Source: an uncultured bacterium (lineage in GTDB: Bacteria; Patescibacteriota; Minisyncoccia; Phycocordibacterales; UBA9973). Taken from it: 64,000 nt of DNA. The notes under the pieces were generated by a model. It had not been told where the DNA came from. It saw nothing but the letters and a program-made list of their open reading frames with translations, and did no database searches. This document shows positions 8,381 to 18,152 of the stretch, one piece after another (position 1 is the stretch's first letter; each line of letters begins with the position of its first letter). The translations under genes and the position numbers were made by a program. Where the stretch lies: NCBI GenBank assembly GCA_937903035.1, contig CALCZP010000004.1, forward strand, positions 181,506-245,505. Direction: 5' to 3'.

Positions 8381-11118
8381 ACATTCTCCTTTCGTACAGC
8401 AAAACACACTTTGATCCCAGCAAGCCTGCTGAACTCCATAAGCACTGGAACTCATCGGCAAGCATTCTCGCGCGCACACTCTACCACCTTCTCAAAGAGC
8501 TAGGCTCAGTAACCTATATCGACAAAAGTGAATACAAGGGTATTACCGGTCAGTCATTTGATCTCTTTGTTGGTATTACCGAACATTTTAGTGACATTCT
8601 TGATTCGTGCACCATCAAACAAAGCATTCTCTTTGCAGTAAACATGCACCCATATGAGCGCAATAAGCGTATTAAGTCATTTATGAGTCATGCACATATC
8701 CCACAAACAGCACTCGCTGGATATGAGCTTATCGAAAGCATCAATCCAACAAGTGCGATCAATCGTGCTAACTACATTCTCTGTGTTGGCAATACGGAGA
8801 CATATAACTCGTACATCACCCATGGTGTATCAAAGCAAAAAATCAAAATCATCAACTATGCCGCAGCTGACCTCATAGCACAATCCCCACTTGCGCGAAC
8901 AGCAGCAGCTCACTTTGTTCATGTCGGAAGCGAGATAGGAATACGGAAAGGATTTGATATTGTTGCCCAATTATTCAGCGACCCAAAAGTGGCCACGCAG
9001 GATATTCACCTTGATATCATTGGTACAACCACCTCCCCCTTTTACGAACAAAAACTTGCTGATCTGAAAACACTGCTCGGAGATAAGCTGACGTACCACG
9101 GATGGATTAATTCCAACGATGAACGTTACGCCAATATCATTGCACGAAGTGATTTTCTGGTATATCCCGCACTCGAGGAAGGTCAGGCAGGCTCAGTACT
9201 TGAGTCTCTCACGCTTGGAGTTATACCGATTGTGAGCAAAGCAACGGGTATTGATTTTTCACCACTTGGAACACTTGAAACAAGAATCTCGTCAGAAAAA
9301 AATATGTCAGTCTTGCAACATGCGATTTCATTACCCAAAGATGACATTGAAAAATTGAAACTAAAAACAAAAGAATACTACAACGAGCTCCATACTCCGT
9401 TCAAAGAACAACTCCGTCGCTCACTCAAAGATTCTATCAACAAAGAACTCTACCCGCGCGCAAGCATCGTACTTTCAATCTTTAACAAAGAAAAGACTAT
9501 TGTGTCTCTTCTAGAGCACCTCACCAAATCTTGTACTGCATACGGCAATACCGAAATCCAGATTATTTTTGATGGATGCAAGGATAAGAGCGAACACCTT
9601 GTGCGAGCATTTTTTGCAACCAGACCAGAGCATGATGTCACCTTTCATGTCACTGATAATATTTGGGAAGTAAAAAGTAACAATCTTGGTCTTCGATCAA
9701 GCACTGGTAGGTACGCAATCATTATCCAGGATGACAATTTTATCTACGATGAGAATTTTATTTTTGAAGTCGTTCACTTCTTTGAGAAAAATCCTACGGT
9801 CACAATTATTGGGGGGCTTGCGGGGGTAAACTTCTACCCACGAGGAACGACACTTTCACAGGGCCCAGGGCAACGGACATCAACCGCAGACGAAGCGTAC
9901 TGGCGACAAGATGCGGCAACAGACCCCGCGCTTAAAGAGCAGATTACAGAAGTTGATGCATGCATGCGTGGCCCCCTTTGTTTTCGAAAATCATTCCTTG
10001 AAACATATGGATATCTAGATGAAGTGTATGCCCCCCTTTATAATGATGATATGGATATTTGTTTTCGAGCAAAATCCCAGGGGTACAAAGTCTATACGAT
10101 ACTCCTTGATGTCGAAAACAGAAATGGTACGGTTGCAGGGTATGATGCAAAGAAAGCGGCTTTTTTCCAAAAGATGATCACTCGAAACTCGGATATTTTT
10201 TATCGAAGATGGAAACCGTCAACCACCAAAGACTATCTTCGCATCGTACGAATTCCTATTACAAAAACTTCCCGCAAACACTCTCTACATCCATACCTCT
10301 CTAGTATCAAAAAGCCATTCACAATCACCTCTCTCATTATGAAAAAAATCTACACCATGCTCAAAAAGAATATTACACAAGAAGGAATTGTAGGAGGTAT
10401 ACGCAAGACGTGCAGTGTGGCTATTCGCAAAACTGTCAGATATTGGCAGCATCTCCCCCACTACGTCATGCGTTTTGCGCGATTCGTTTATAGTAGTACT
10501 GAAGATAAAGAATACATCGAGCGAGAAAAACGTGAACGTCCATGGTACCAAATCAACGGTGATGAAACATTGCGAGTTGAGTATGACCTTGATCCTTCAT
10601 CTGTGGTTGTTGATGTGGGTGGATACAAAGGCGATTGGGCAAGTATTATCTCAAACAAATACAATCCAACCATTCATGTGTTTGAACCAGTCAGAGACTT
10701 TGCATTCAATATCAAACGTCGTTTCAAAAACCATGACAAGATCATTGTTCATGAAGCAGGACTTGGAGCAAAAGATGAAACTATTACCATTTATCTCGCT
10801 GAGGGCGGTACCTCTCTCATCAAGGAAGCGGCACAAGAAGTCGATGTCACCATCAAAGATGTCCATGCATTTATGACAGAACTAGGAACTCCTGTTGATC
10901 TGATGAAGATCAACATCGAGGGTGCAGAGTATGACTTGCTCAATCGCCTCATTGATACTGGTGATATCAAGAAGATCAACAACATTCAGGTACAATTTCA
11001 CAACTTTGTCCCCGATGCCAAAAAGCGTATGGAGGAACTTCGCACCAAGCTTTCCAAGACTCACCATGTTACTTATCAATATGAATTCATTTGGGAAAAT
11101 TGGGAGCGCACCATCTAA
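8377..11118 (+). CDS. tri-domain GT4 + GT2 + FkbM-type methyltransferase
   Basis: RKGFD...YPALEEGQAGSVLE (GT-B/GT4); ASIVLSIFN...IIIQDDN...YNDDMD (GT-A); VDVGGYKG...FEP...LMKINIEGAEY...QVQFH (FkbM). ATGA-coupled to wzt. Confidence 0.85.
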   Translation: MNILLSYSKTHFDPSKPAELHKHWNSSASILARTLYHLLKELGSVTYIDKSEYKGITGQSFDLFVGITEHFSDILDSCTIKQSILFAVNMHPYERNKRIKSFMSHAHIPQTALAGYELIESINPTSAINRANYILCVGNTETYNSYITHGVSKQKIKIINYAAADLIAQSPLARTAAAHFVHVGSEIGIRKGFDIVAQLFSDPKVATQDIHLDIIGTTTSPFYEQKLADLKTLLGDKLTYHGWINSNDERYANIIARSDFLVYPALEEGQAGSVLESLTLGVIPIVSKATGIDFSPLGTLETRISSEKNMSVLQHAISLPKDDIEKLKLKTKEYYNELHTPFKEQLRRSLKDSINKELYPRASIVLSIFNKEKTIVSLLEHLTKSCTAYGNTEIQIIFDGCKDKSEHLVRAFFATRPEHDVTFHVTDNIWEVKSNNLGLRSSTGRYAIIIQDDNFIYDENFIFEVVHFFEKNPTVTIIGGLAGVNFYPRGTTLSQGPGQRTSTADEAYWRQDAATDPALKEQITEVDACMRGPLCFRKSFLETYGYLDEVYAPLYNDDMDICFRAKSQGYKVYTILLDVENRNGTVAGYDAKKAAFFQKMITRNSDIFYRRWKPSTTKDYLRIVRIPITKTSRKHSLHPYLSSIKKPFTITSLIMKKIYTMLKKNITQEGIVGGIRKTCSVAIRKTVRYWQHLPHYVMRFARFVYSSTEDKEYIEREKRERPWYQINGDETLRVEYDLDPSSVVVDVGGYKGDWASIISNKYNPTIHVFEPVRDFAFNIKRRFKNHDKIIVHEAGLGAKDETITIYLAEGGTSLIKEAAQEVDVTIKDVHAFMTELGTPVDLMKINIEGAEYDLLNRLIDTGDIKKINNIQVQFHNFVPDAKKRMEELRTKLSKTHHVTYQYEFIWENWERTI

Positions 11119-11122
11119 TACT

Positions 11123-11980
11123 ATGAGACCCTCAATTGATGTCATTATCCCGCTCTATAACGGCGCAGCATTTATTGCTACAGCGATTGAGTCAGTTATT
11201 GCGCAAACCTACTCACCTACTCATATCATTATTATTAACGATGGATCGACCGATAAAGGACCCGAAATTGCAACTTCATACCAGACAAAGACATCAATCC
11301 CTCTTGTCATTATCAATCAGGAAAACAAAGGTCTCAGCGCCGCGCGCAATACAGGTATCAATACAGCAACCAGTGAGTACATCGCTTTTCTTGATGCAGA
11401 TGATGTATGGATCCCAGAGAAGCTTCAAAAACAAATAGGAGTATTCAATAAAAGCGATATCTCAAACCTCGGACTCGTGTATTGCTTGTATAACATTATC
11501 AATGCACAAGGACAGATTGACCCGCACGGCTTTGTCGTCCCACTCGACACATCAATCCGAGGTGCAGTGTTTAGCAAACTCCTCAAGGGCAACAAAATCC
11601 TCTCAAGTGGTAGTGGCGTATTGATTAAACGAACCGTATTTGAAACAGTCGGACAATTCAATGAAACACTTCGTTTTGGTGAAGACTGGGACATGTGGCT
11701 CCGTATCGCAGAACAATACGGAGTCGACTATAGCGATACAGTACTCGTTCATATCAGAAGGCACGGACAAAACATGACCACATCAAAGAAACGAGTGTTT
11801 CAGGGCGAGATTGCGTTTTATCGTGTATGGCTCCGTTATATGATCAACCACAACCGACGAGTACCGTTGAGATGGAAGCTGAAAATCATCTACAAAATAC
11901 TCACACTGTTTCCTCCTGTATCACTTATCAAACAGGCATTACCAGTGCTTTTTGTACCACGCAATACCTTTGGTAAGTAG
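11123..11980 (+). CDS. family 2 glycosyltransferase
   Basis: VIIPLYN, INDGSTD, GLSAARN, FLDADD, GEDWDMW. Start at ATG 11123. Confidence 0.92.
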   Translation: MRPSIDVIIPLYNGAAFIATAIESVIAQTYSPTHIIIINDGSTDKGPEIATSYQTKTSIPLVIINQENKGLSAARNTGINTATSEYIAFLDADDVWIPEKLQKQIGVFNKSDISNLGLVYCLYNIINAQGQIDPHGFVVPLDTSIRGAVFSKLLKGNKILSSGSGVLIKRTVFETVGQFNETLRFGEDWDMWLRIAEQYGVDYSDTVLVHIRRHGQNMTTSKKRVFQGEIAFYRVWLRYMINHNRRVPLRWKLKIIYKILTLFPPVSLIKQALPVLFVPRNTFGK

Positions 11981-12772
11981 GAGTCGGAGTGGTGTACGCA
12001 ATACAAACCCATACATAAAGATACGAGCGTACGATCTCATAACTGCAGACCAGTATCCTGGGTATTGTGCTTTATATTTTTTAATAAGAGGAATGTTTTG
12101 AGAGAACTGAAGCTTTTTATTCCTTCCACTCAAGCTCCCGGCACGAAGAGTAAAATGAACAGAATATATCGAAAGATTTGCAAGCTCACCTACCATTCCA
12201 AGCTTGAGCCACAGATCGTAGTCCTCTATATGAAGCGAAGCCGGATCTTCATCATATCCTCCGACAGAGAGTACTGCATCTTTTCGAAAGACAACACTCG
12301 AATGAACAAAGCAATTCTTGCCAAGGAGCACTGATCGTATATGTGCATCTGTCTGAGGAACCAAATACCGAAACAACTCTTTTCCTACCTCATCAATCAT
12401 CACCACACCCGTGCCAACAAGAACAGTGTTTGGATGAAGTACCATATATGACACTTGTTTGGCGAGCTTCTCTGTATCAATCCATCGATCATCATCGTCG
12501 ATCCGGGCAATGAGATCACCCTGCGCAATACGAAGTCCTTTGTTCAACGTCTTTTGAATACCAAGATTTTTCTCGTTTTCAATAAAGTGGATTTTTGCAT
12601 CATGTTTCATAATTTCTGCCACGATCTCCTTAGTAGTGTCAGATGATCCATCACTGATAATGATCAATTCCCAGTTGTGGTACGTTTGCACCTGGACGCT
12701 TTCAATTGCACCTTTGATAAATGCAGCACCATTCCACGTAGGGAGAATAATAGAAACAAGCGGTGTACTCAT
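11939..12772 (-). CDS. family 2 glycosyltransferase (convergent, 42-bp 3' overlap)
   Basis: VSIILPTWN, SDGSSD, ARIDDDD, HSSVVFRK, EDYDLW. Confidence 0.92.
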   Translation of the reverse strand: MSTPLVSIILPTWNGAAFIKGAIESVQVQTYHNWELIIISDGSSDTTKEIVAEIMKHDAKIHFIENEKNLGIQKTLNKGLRIAQGDLIARIDDDDRWIDTEKLAKQVSYMVLHPNTVLVGTGVVMIDEVGKELFRYLVPQTDAHIRSVLLGKNCFVHSSVVFRKDAVLSVGGYDEDPASLHIEDYDLWLKLGMVGELANLSIYSVHFTLRAGSLSGRNKKLQFSQNIPLIKKYKAQYPGYWSAVMRSYARIFMYGFVLRTPLRLLLTKGIAWYKKHW

Positions 12773-13644
12773 ATACGTATCCATTCTGGTGGAATAAGAC
12801 CACTCGTATCAATCGATGTATCGTTAAACCATTTTTGTGGTGCGACGACTATCTTATTAGTTGCTGTACCGAGCCATGCCGCCCACCATGAAAACGTACT
12901 GTTTGGAATAATAAAGTGCGTGCATGATTGCATCAGCGCAAAGTGCCCACTCTCGCGCTCACCTCGATAGATATCATCAACAAACGTTGCAGGGTGAAGA
13001 AATGCCAAGTTATTCTTGCACCACTCTATATCATCAGAAAACACATAGATATGATCAATAGTCGTCTTTGCTTCAAGAACATCAAGCGCCTGGTAGTAGT
13101 AGTCCTTGAACACGACTTCGTGATGGGTATTCCCGACATAATCCCCTCGTCTAACATGAAGACATACTGATGAATGATGCGACTGTACTTCTGTTTTAAC
13201 ACGCTGTATATGTGCCTGCAGTGGTTGTTGCAGGGTCAAGTCTTTTCGTATAGTGTCCGCAATAGACTCAAAGTATTTGTAGCTCTGCCAATAACCATCC
13301 AGATAGGTATCAGAACCGAGCGTAAGTATATCGGGATTGAAAGCGAATCCCTTTTCTTTTCCCCCAAACAGCATTCGTCGCAATTTGTTTAGATACAGCC
13401 CAAACTTACCCGATCCCCATGAGCGATACTTCCACCCTAGTTTAGATTGTGGAACTATTTCAGCAGCTATATTAAACAGATCGAGATCATACTCGCGAAA
13501 CGTAAATCCTTTGCGAGGAGTTCGATCAAGCAGATCATGTGTATCAAGTCCGAGTGTTGTATTATTTTTAACAGCAAGAGCGCGTCCAGCCGCATACTGA
13601 AACATCTGGTTACCCATTCCCCCTGAAAGTCGTGTGATGATCAT
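12769..13644 (-). CDS. GT11 alpha-1,2-fucosyltransferase-like protein
   Basis: GGMGNQMFQYA, GYWQS.KYF, HVRRGDY, FSDD..WC, NSTFSWWAAWL. Confidence 0.92.
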   Translation of the reverse strand: MIITRLSGGMGNQMFQYAAGRALAVKNNTTLGLDTHDLLDRTPRKGFTFREYDLDLFNIAAEIVPQSKLGWKYRSWGSGKFGLYLNKLRRMLFGGKEKGFAFNPDILTLGSDTYLDGYWQSYKYFESIADTIRKDLTLQQPLQAHIQRVKTEVQSHHSSVCLHVRRGDYVGNTHHEVVFKDYYYQALDVLEAKTTIDHIYVFSDDIEWCKNNLAFLHPATFVDDIYRGERESGHFALMQSCTHFIIPNSTFSWWAAWLGTATNKIVVAPQKWFNDTSIDTSGLIPPEWIRI

Positions 13645-13645
13645 A

Positions 13646-15640
13646 TTATTTTTGGGACGTCCATCGTTCTTGCATCGCCAGAACATATGCACGATCTCGC
13701 GGAGACGCAGTTTGCATTATTTTTTCAGTGGTTCGATACCCTGGCTGATATTGTGGAGCAAGTGCAATACCAGCCCTGAGATACTGCCATGCATGACGAT
13801 AATCCTTTTCAAACAGATATGTCTGCGCGATATCGAAATATAGATTTGCATTCCTACTGTTTATCAAGCGTGCATCCTGAAGTCGTCCACGAGCATCCGC
13901 AAGCACTAGAGGATCTGGATTCCCTGCAAGTACGACACTGAGTGTCTTGAGTTGACCACTCACCCACCGAGCTCGAAATGTGTCTACATCAGTTGCAATA
14001 TCTTCATCAAGATTAGCAATAAGATTATTAACAATAATCAAGTGAGATTTTTTTTGATCATCATTCATTACTCCTAGCTTGCTTCGTATACTATCAAAAA
14101 CTTTTCCTGCAAAAAGAGCTGAGTCACTTGCGTATCCAAGAGATGAAATATGCTGAGGGTTTTTTTGATTAGATAGAATCAACATATCTCTTTTGGAGTA
14201 TTTATTCCATGCAACTGATTCTTGCCATGGCTGTACAAATGCAATCACCACAAAAATCAAACCTGCAAGAATTCCGCTAAAAGAAAGTATCTTATCTGGG
14301 AATGGGAATACTAAAGAATACTTATGAGAAACTATTCTCTGATACATACCGATAGTAGCGCCGACAATAACAAAAAAAATTAACAGTGTTCCAGGACTTT
14401 CAAATATAAAAAGATTTTGAATCACATATCCCACAAATGCACCAAGCATGGCAATAGCAACTATTCTATGTTCACGATCTCTTGTTGAAACTTGGTAGAG
14501 ATAAACAATTACCATACCAAGAAGACTTATATAAGCGAGCAGGCCTACAATACCCCCATTTACCAAATATTCCCAAAACATATTATGAGGATGATCAGTC
14601 CAAGGTTCATATGCATTAGTAGTTGAGAAAAATACTGGATCAAAATGTTTTTGGAAAACGTATGAATAATTATTAGCTCCCCATCCAAGGAAAGGTTTTT
14701 CAAGATACCCCTCTCTTGCTATATCCCAAAATATAAAACGGTTGGTATTTTTTTCTTGTACGTACGCCTGATGCAGTCGAGTGTTCGGATCAAAAAACTG
14801 CTTTCCGATCAGTAATCCGATTATGCCACCTACGAACAGTAATCCCATACCTCCATATTGCAACTTTTTTTTCTTTGCCGTGACTAAAAAAAATACACAC
14901 ATAGTACTCACTGCTGTCACCAGCCCCAAAAATGCTCCATCAGCAGATCCAGCGACGAGACTCGGATTTTGCATAATATCTTTAAATCCAATACTTCCAT
15001 TCAAAAGATCGTTGTTAAAAAAAATAGGTGAAAAAACAATCGGTACCACCCCGAGAGTAGTCAACACTTTATACATACTATCCTTTGATGAAAGGATAAG
15101 ATACAGACCAAAACAAACATGTACTAATAAATATGCCCCCACATATGAAGTGTTCCCAAATGTTGATCCACCATTTGAACTAATAAACATACTGTTTAGA
15201 TAAGTTCCACTAGCAACTACAATACTCGTGCAAAAAGATACAAGAATCATGCCACGCAAAAATGACACATCTTCTCTAATACAACGAGCGATAGCAAGCG
15301 CAACTATTGTAAGTGCAATGATAAGGTTGACTCCCACACCATCAACAAGACTTCCAAAAAACGAAAGTTTAGGGTCAAATCCGGCAAATGCACTCAATAC
15401 AAGTGTTACGAGATACACCAAAAGCATCAAATGAAGTGCTGTGACTTGTACTGTCTTTCGACTATTTACATACCGGTCATAGAACAACAGCATCCCGATC
15501 AGTAATCCTACCCCTGTAGAAATTAATGCTTTTGGTGTTGTATAAGGAAAAAAATGGCTGCTTCCTACATATAAAGGAACAATAACGAGCATACCGTATA
15601 TCATCCATTTTACAGTAAGCAGTGGCCAAGTAATTTTCAT
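13646..15640 (-). CDS. O-antigen ligase / O-oligosaccharyltransferase-like membrane protein (Wzy_C) with TPR-like tail
   Basis: About 12 TMs, STFGNTSY.G.YL, R..FW..A......PFLGWG..N, HPHNMFWE.L..GGIVG. Confidence 0.85.
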   Translation of the reverse strand: MKITWPLLTVKWMIYGMLVIVPLYVGSSHFFPYTTPKALISTGVGLLIGMLLFYDRYVNSRKTVQVTALHLMLLVYLVTLVLSAFAGFDPKLSFFGSLVDGVGVNLIIALTIVALAIARCIREDVSFLRGMILVSFCTSIVVASGTYLNSMFISSNGGSTFGNTSYVGAYLLVHVCFGLYLILSSKDSMYKVLTTLGVVPIVFSPIFFNNDLLNGSIGFKDIMQNPSLVAGSADGAFLGLVTAVSTMCVFFLVTAKKKKLQYGGMGLLFVGGIIGLLIGKQFFDPNTRLHQAYVQEKNTNRFIFWDIAREGYLEKPFLGWGANNYSYVFQKHFDPVFFSTTNAYEPWTDHPHNMFWEYLVNGGIVGLLAYISLLGMVIVYLYQVSTRDREHRIVAIAMLGAFVGYVIQNLFIFESPGTLLIFFVIVGATIGMYQRIVSHKYSLVFPFPDKILSFSGILAGLIFVVIAFVQPWQESVAWNKYSKRDMLILSNQKNPQHISSLGYASDSALFAGKVFDSIRSKLGVMNDDQKKSHLIIVNNLIANLDEDIATDVDTFRARWVSGQLKTLSVVLAGNPDPLVLADARGRLQDARLINSRNANLYFDIAQTYLFEKDYRHAWQYLRAGIALAPQYQPGYRTTEKIMQTASPRDRAYVLAMQERWTSQK

Positions 15641-15670
15641 GAGGCAATTGTAGCAAATACTACCCAAAAC

Positions 15671-15696
15671 AAAAAACCGCCCGAAGGCGGTTTTTT
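15671..15696. terminator. terminator of the S-layer-like gene
   Basis: AAAAAACCGCC-CGAA-GGCGGTTTTTT. Confidence 0.85.
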
Positions 15697-15720
15697 GCGT
15701 ACGTATCTAAGTCAGGAGTA

Positions 15721-17613
15721 TTAGTCGAGCTTAGCGTCAGCTGTTTCGTAGTTCTGCGCCGGAGCGAGAGTGTATGAAGCAGGAGTACCTGACTGGTCAG
15801 TGTCATAACGAACTGCACCGAGTTGTACACGGTAGAATCCAGCAGTAGCTGAACCCTTTGTGAGTTCGAGAGTAACATTGAAGGTCTTAGTTTCACCATC
15901 AGCAACCTTGTAGTAGCCACCAACAGTGTCAGCACTTGAAGTAAGTGATGAAGCTGAAGCAGTTACAGAAGTATCGGTAGCACCAGCACTGGTTTCTACA
16001 GAGTAGATGAGACCAGCTGTTGAACCAGATGAAGCTACAGTCTTAGGAATGTAGTAGTCATTACCGAATGCAGTTACTTTGTAAGAAACTGTGTAAGTCT
16101 GCTTACTGAAGGTACCAGAAGTGTTTGAAGTTGCAGAAACACTTGAAGTGAATCCTGAAACCATAACGCCCTCTGAGTAGAATGTCTGAGTTTCACCAGT
16201 TACAGAACCAGTGAGATCACCAACAGAAAGGTTGTCACCATTCTCATCCTCAAAGCCAACAGCATTGCGCTCGTTTGAGCCAAATGTTACTGAAGCTGAG
16301 TCACCTTCGGTGAAGTTAACACCGTCGATTTCTTTGATCTTTGCTACAACCTTGAATGTTTCAACGTCGCCTTCACTGATAGTGAAGTCATCATCGAAGT
16401 CGAAGGTTACAGTACCAGAAGTACTTGAAGGAGCATCCTGACTGTCAATCTCTTCTGAGCCGTTCATAAGAGCGAGCTCATCAAAGATCTGAGTACCGTT
16501 AGCACCAGTAGTGTTTACCTGAACTGGGAGAGAATCAAAAGTAATATCTGATCCTTCTGCCTTGATCTTGAACTCAAGCATAGTAATACCTGAAGTTGCA
16601 CTAGTGTCAGATACTTCTACGTTCTGAGCTTCTGGGTTGTTTGAACCTTCAGTTACCTTAACCTTAACATCACCTGATGCTGAAAGGTCAGTGAAAGTGA
16701 AGTCTTCATCTGGAGCAGAAGTATCAGTCAATACAGCACCACCAGCGTCAGTGAAGCGGATTGTTGAAACTTCAACGTTCCAAGTAGCAGTAAGGTCAGT
16801 ACTATCGATGTTATCAATAGCATCAACTGCAACGTAAAGGTTTGCCTTTTCGTCAGCCTTGATTACAGCACCAGAGAGAGAAACACTCTTTGAGTAGACA
16901 TCTCCATCCTTGTTGAAATCATCAACACTTACTGAACCAACTTTCTTTGAACCGAGCCATACTGACACAGTGTCAACGTAACGGTTCAAGCGAGCTGAAG
17001 AAGAGTTGTTAGCAGTGTTTTCAAATGAAAGCTTCACGTTAGTGAGTGCTACATCTGAACCATTGTCAGCCTCAACCTTTGCACCGAGAACGATGTGGGT
17101 AGAGTCACCTTCTTTAACTTCACTGTCGCCTACACCATTTGAGGTAGAAGTAACAGTAATGTCACCTGCACCACCGGTAAGAGGGCCACTAGTTGAACCA
17201 CCAGAACAAAGAGCACCAGTAGTTGAACTGTACATAGCACCAGCTACGCAGCCAGCAGGAAGATTAGATCCACCTGTTGAACCAGAAGCCTGAAGTGCTA
17301 CAGCCTTAGCAGCTGACATTGGTCCGAAGACGCCGTCAGCAGTGAGACCGTTAGCAACCTGGAAGCGCATAACCGCTGCCTTTGTTGCAGAACCAAATGT
17401 TGATGTTTCCATTCCTGGAGCACCTGCACCTGATGTTGATACCTGAGTACCAGGCCACATGTTAAGGAACTTTTGGAGATCCATAACAGCAGCACCTTTA
17501 GAACCATATTTGAGAGTCGTTGACCAAGTGTAAGTTGCTGCACTTGCAGTTGATGCAAGAGTAACTACACCGAGAACCAACGCTGCTACAAAAAATTTAA
17601 ATTTTGAAGTCAT
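15721..17613 (-). CDS. secreted S-layer-like protein with a PG_binding_1 domain and Ig-like repeats
   Basis: Signal peptide ending ASA-A; LKYGSKG..V..LQKFLN...FG.ATKAAV..FQ..NGL.ADG.FGP; Ser/Thr/Asp-rich beta repeats; strongly biased codons suggesting high expression. Confidence 0.8.
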   Translation of the reverse strand: MTSKFKFFVAALVLGVVTLASTASAATYTWSTTLKYGSKGAAVMDLQKFLNMWPGTQVSTSGAGAPGMETSTFGSATKAAVMRFQVANGLTADGVFGPMSAAKAVALQASGSTGGSNLPAGCVAGAMYSSTTGALCSGGSTSGPLTGGAGDITVTSTSNGVGDSEVKEGDSTHIVLGAKVEADNGSDVALTNVKLSFENTANNSSSARLNRYVDTVSVWLGSKKVGSVSVDDFNKDGDVYSKSVSLSGAVIKADEKANLYVAVDAIDNIDSTDLTATWNVEVSTIRFTDAGGAVLTDTSAPDEDFTFTDLSASGDVKVKVTEGSNNPEAQNVEVSDTSATSGITMLEFKIKAEGSDITFDSLPVQVNTTGANGTQIFDELALMNGSEEIDSQDAPSSTSGTVTFDFDDDFTISEGDVETFKVVAKIKEIDGVNFTEGDSASVTFGSNERNAVGFEDENGDNLSVGDLTGSVTGETQTFYSEGVMVSGFTSSVSATSNTSGTFSKQTYTVSYKVTAFGNDYYIPKTVASSGSTAGLIYSVETSAGATDTSVTASASSLTSSADTVGGYYKVADGETKTFNVTLELTKGSATAGFYRVQLGAVRYDTDQSGTPASYTLAPAQNYETADAKLD

Positions 17614-17644
17614 AATTGTTTATCGTTATTAATCGCACATACAT

Positions 17645-18035
17645 TACATAATTGTAATTTTCAGTTCGACAAAACTGAGGCATGGCGTTGTCAGATACAT
17701 ATGAGATCTTTGTCATCTTATATATACCGACGAGTTCGCAGATGGCGTACGGTAACGAGCCGTACTGTATCTGCCGTGTCGACAGGGCCGATATCGTGTC
17801 TTCCGCCCGCTGCCGTTTGACCGGAGCGAGGCAGAACACAAATATTTTGGACGACCGCCGAAAATGAATAATCGTTATTGTGAACAATTTCGATATGCTA
17901 TTTTCAACGATCAATCCGTGCGTGGTTTACTTACATTACTGCAAGACATTTCACTCTTTCGAATGAAGTGCCCACTATTTGTCTTCTGGCTCCGCAACCA
18001 GTCTTGCGACAGATGGCGGACAGAAAGACAGTGAT
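17645..18035 (-). ncRNA. candidate structured 5' leader / ncRNA upstream of the S-layer-like gene
   Basis: At least six stems on the minus strand, two with GNRA loops (GTC-GCAA-GAC; TTCATTC-GAAA-GAGTGAA). Extended -10 TGGTAGTAT at 18037-18045. Confidence 0.55.
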
Positions 18036-18152
18036 AATACTACCATACTAGCCCTTGTAGAGCTAGTGTTTGTGGTATCAAAACCATCAGACTTCAGAGA
18101 ACAAAAGAAGTGGTAAACCACCTAGTACTGAGACGCGTGTAGCGCACAAATC

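Noticed and set aside
11939-11980. Convergent overlap of two GT2 genes as antisense regulation
   Set aside because: Short 3' overlaps are common in compact genomes and there is no further evidence.
17614-18152. RNase P RNA, tmRNA, SRP, c-di-GMP riboswitch or a small CDS in the S-layer leader
   Set aside because: Signature motifs (GAGGAAAGTCC, tRNA-like ends, GGCAAAC/GACGCAAA) are absent on both strands, and the short ORFs have no protein-like features.
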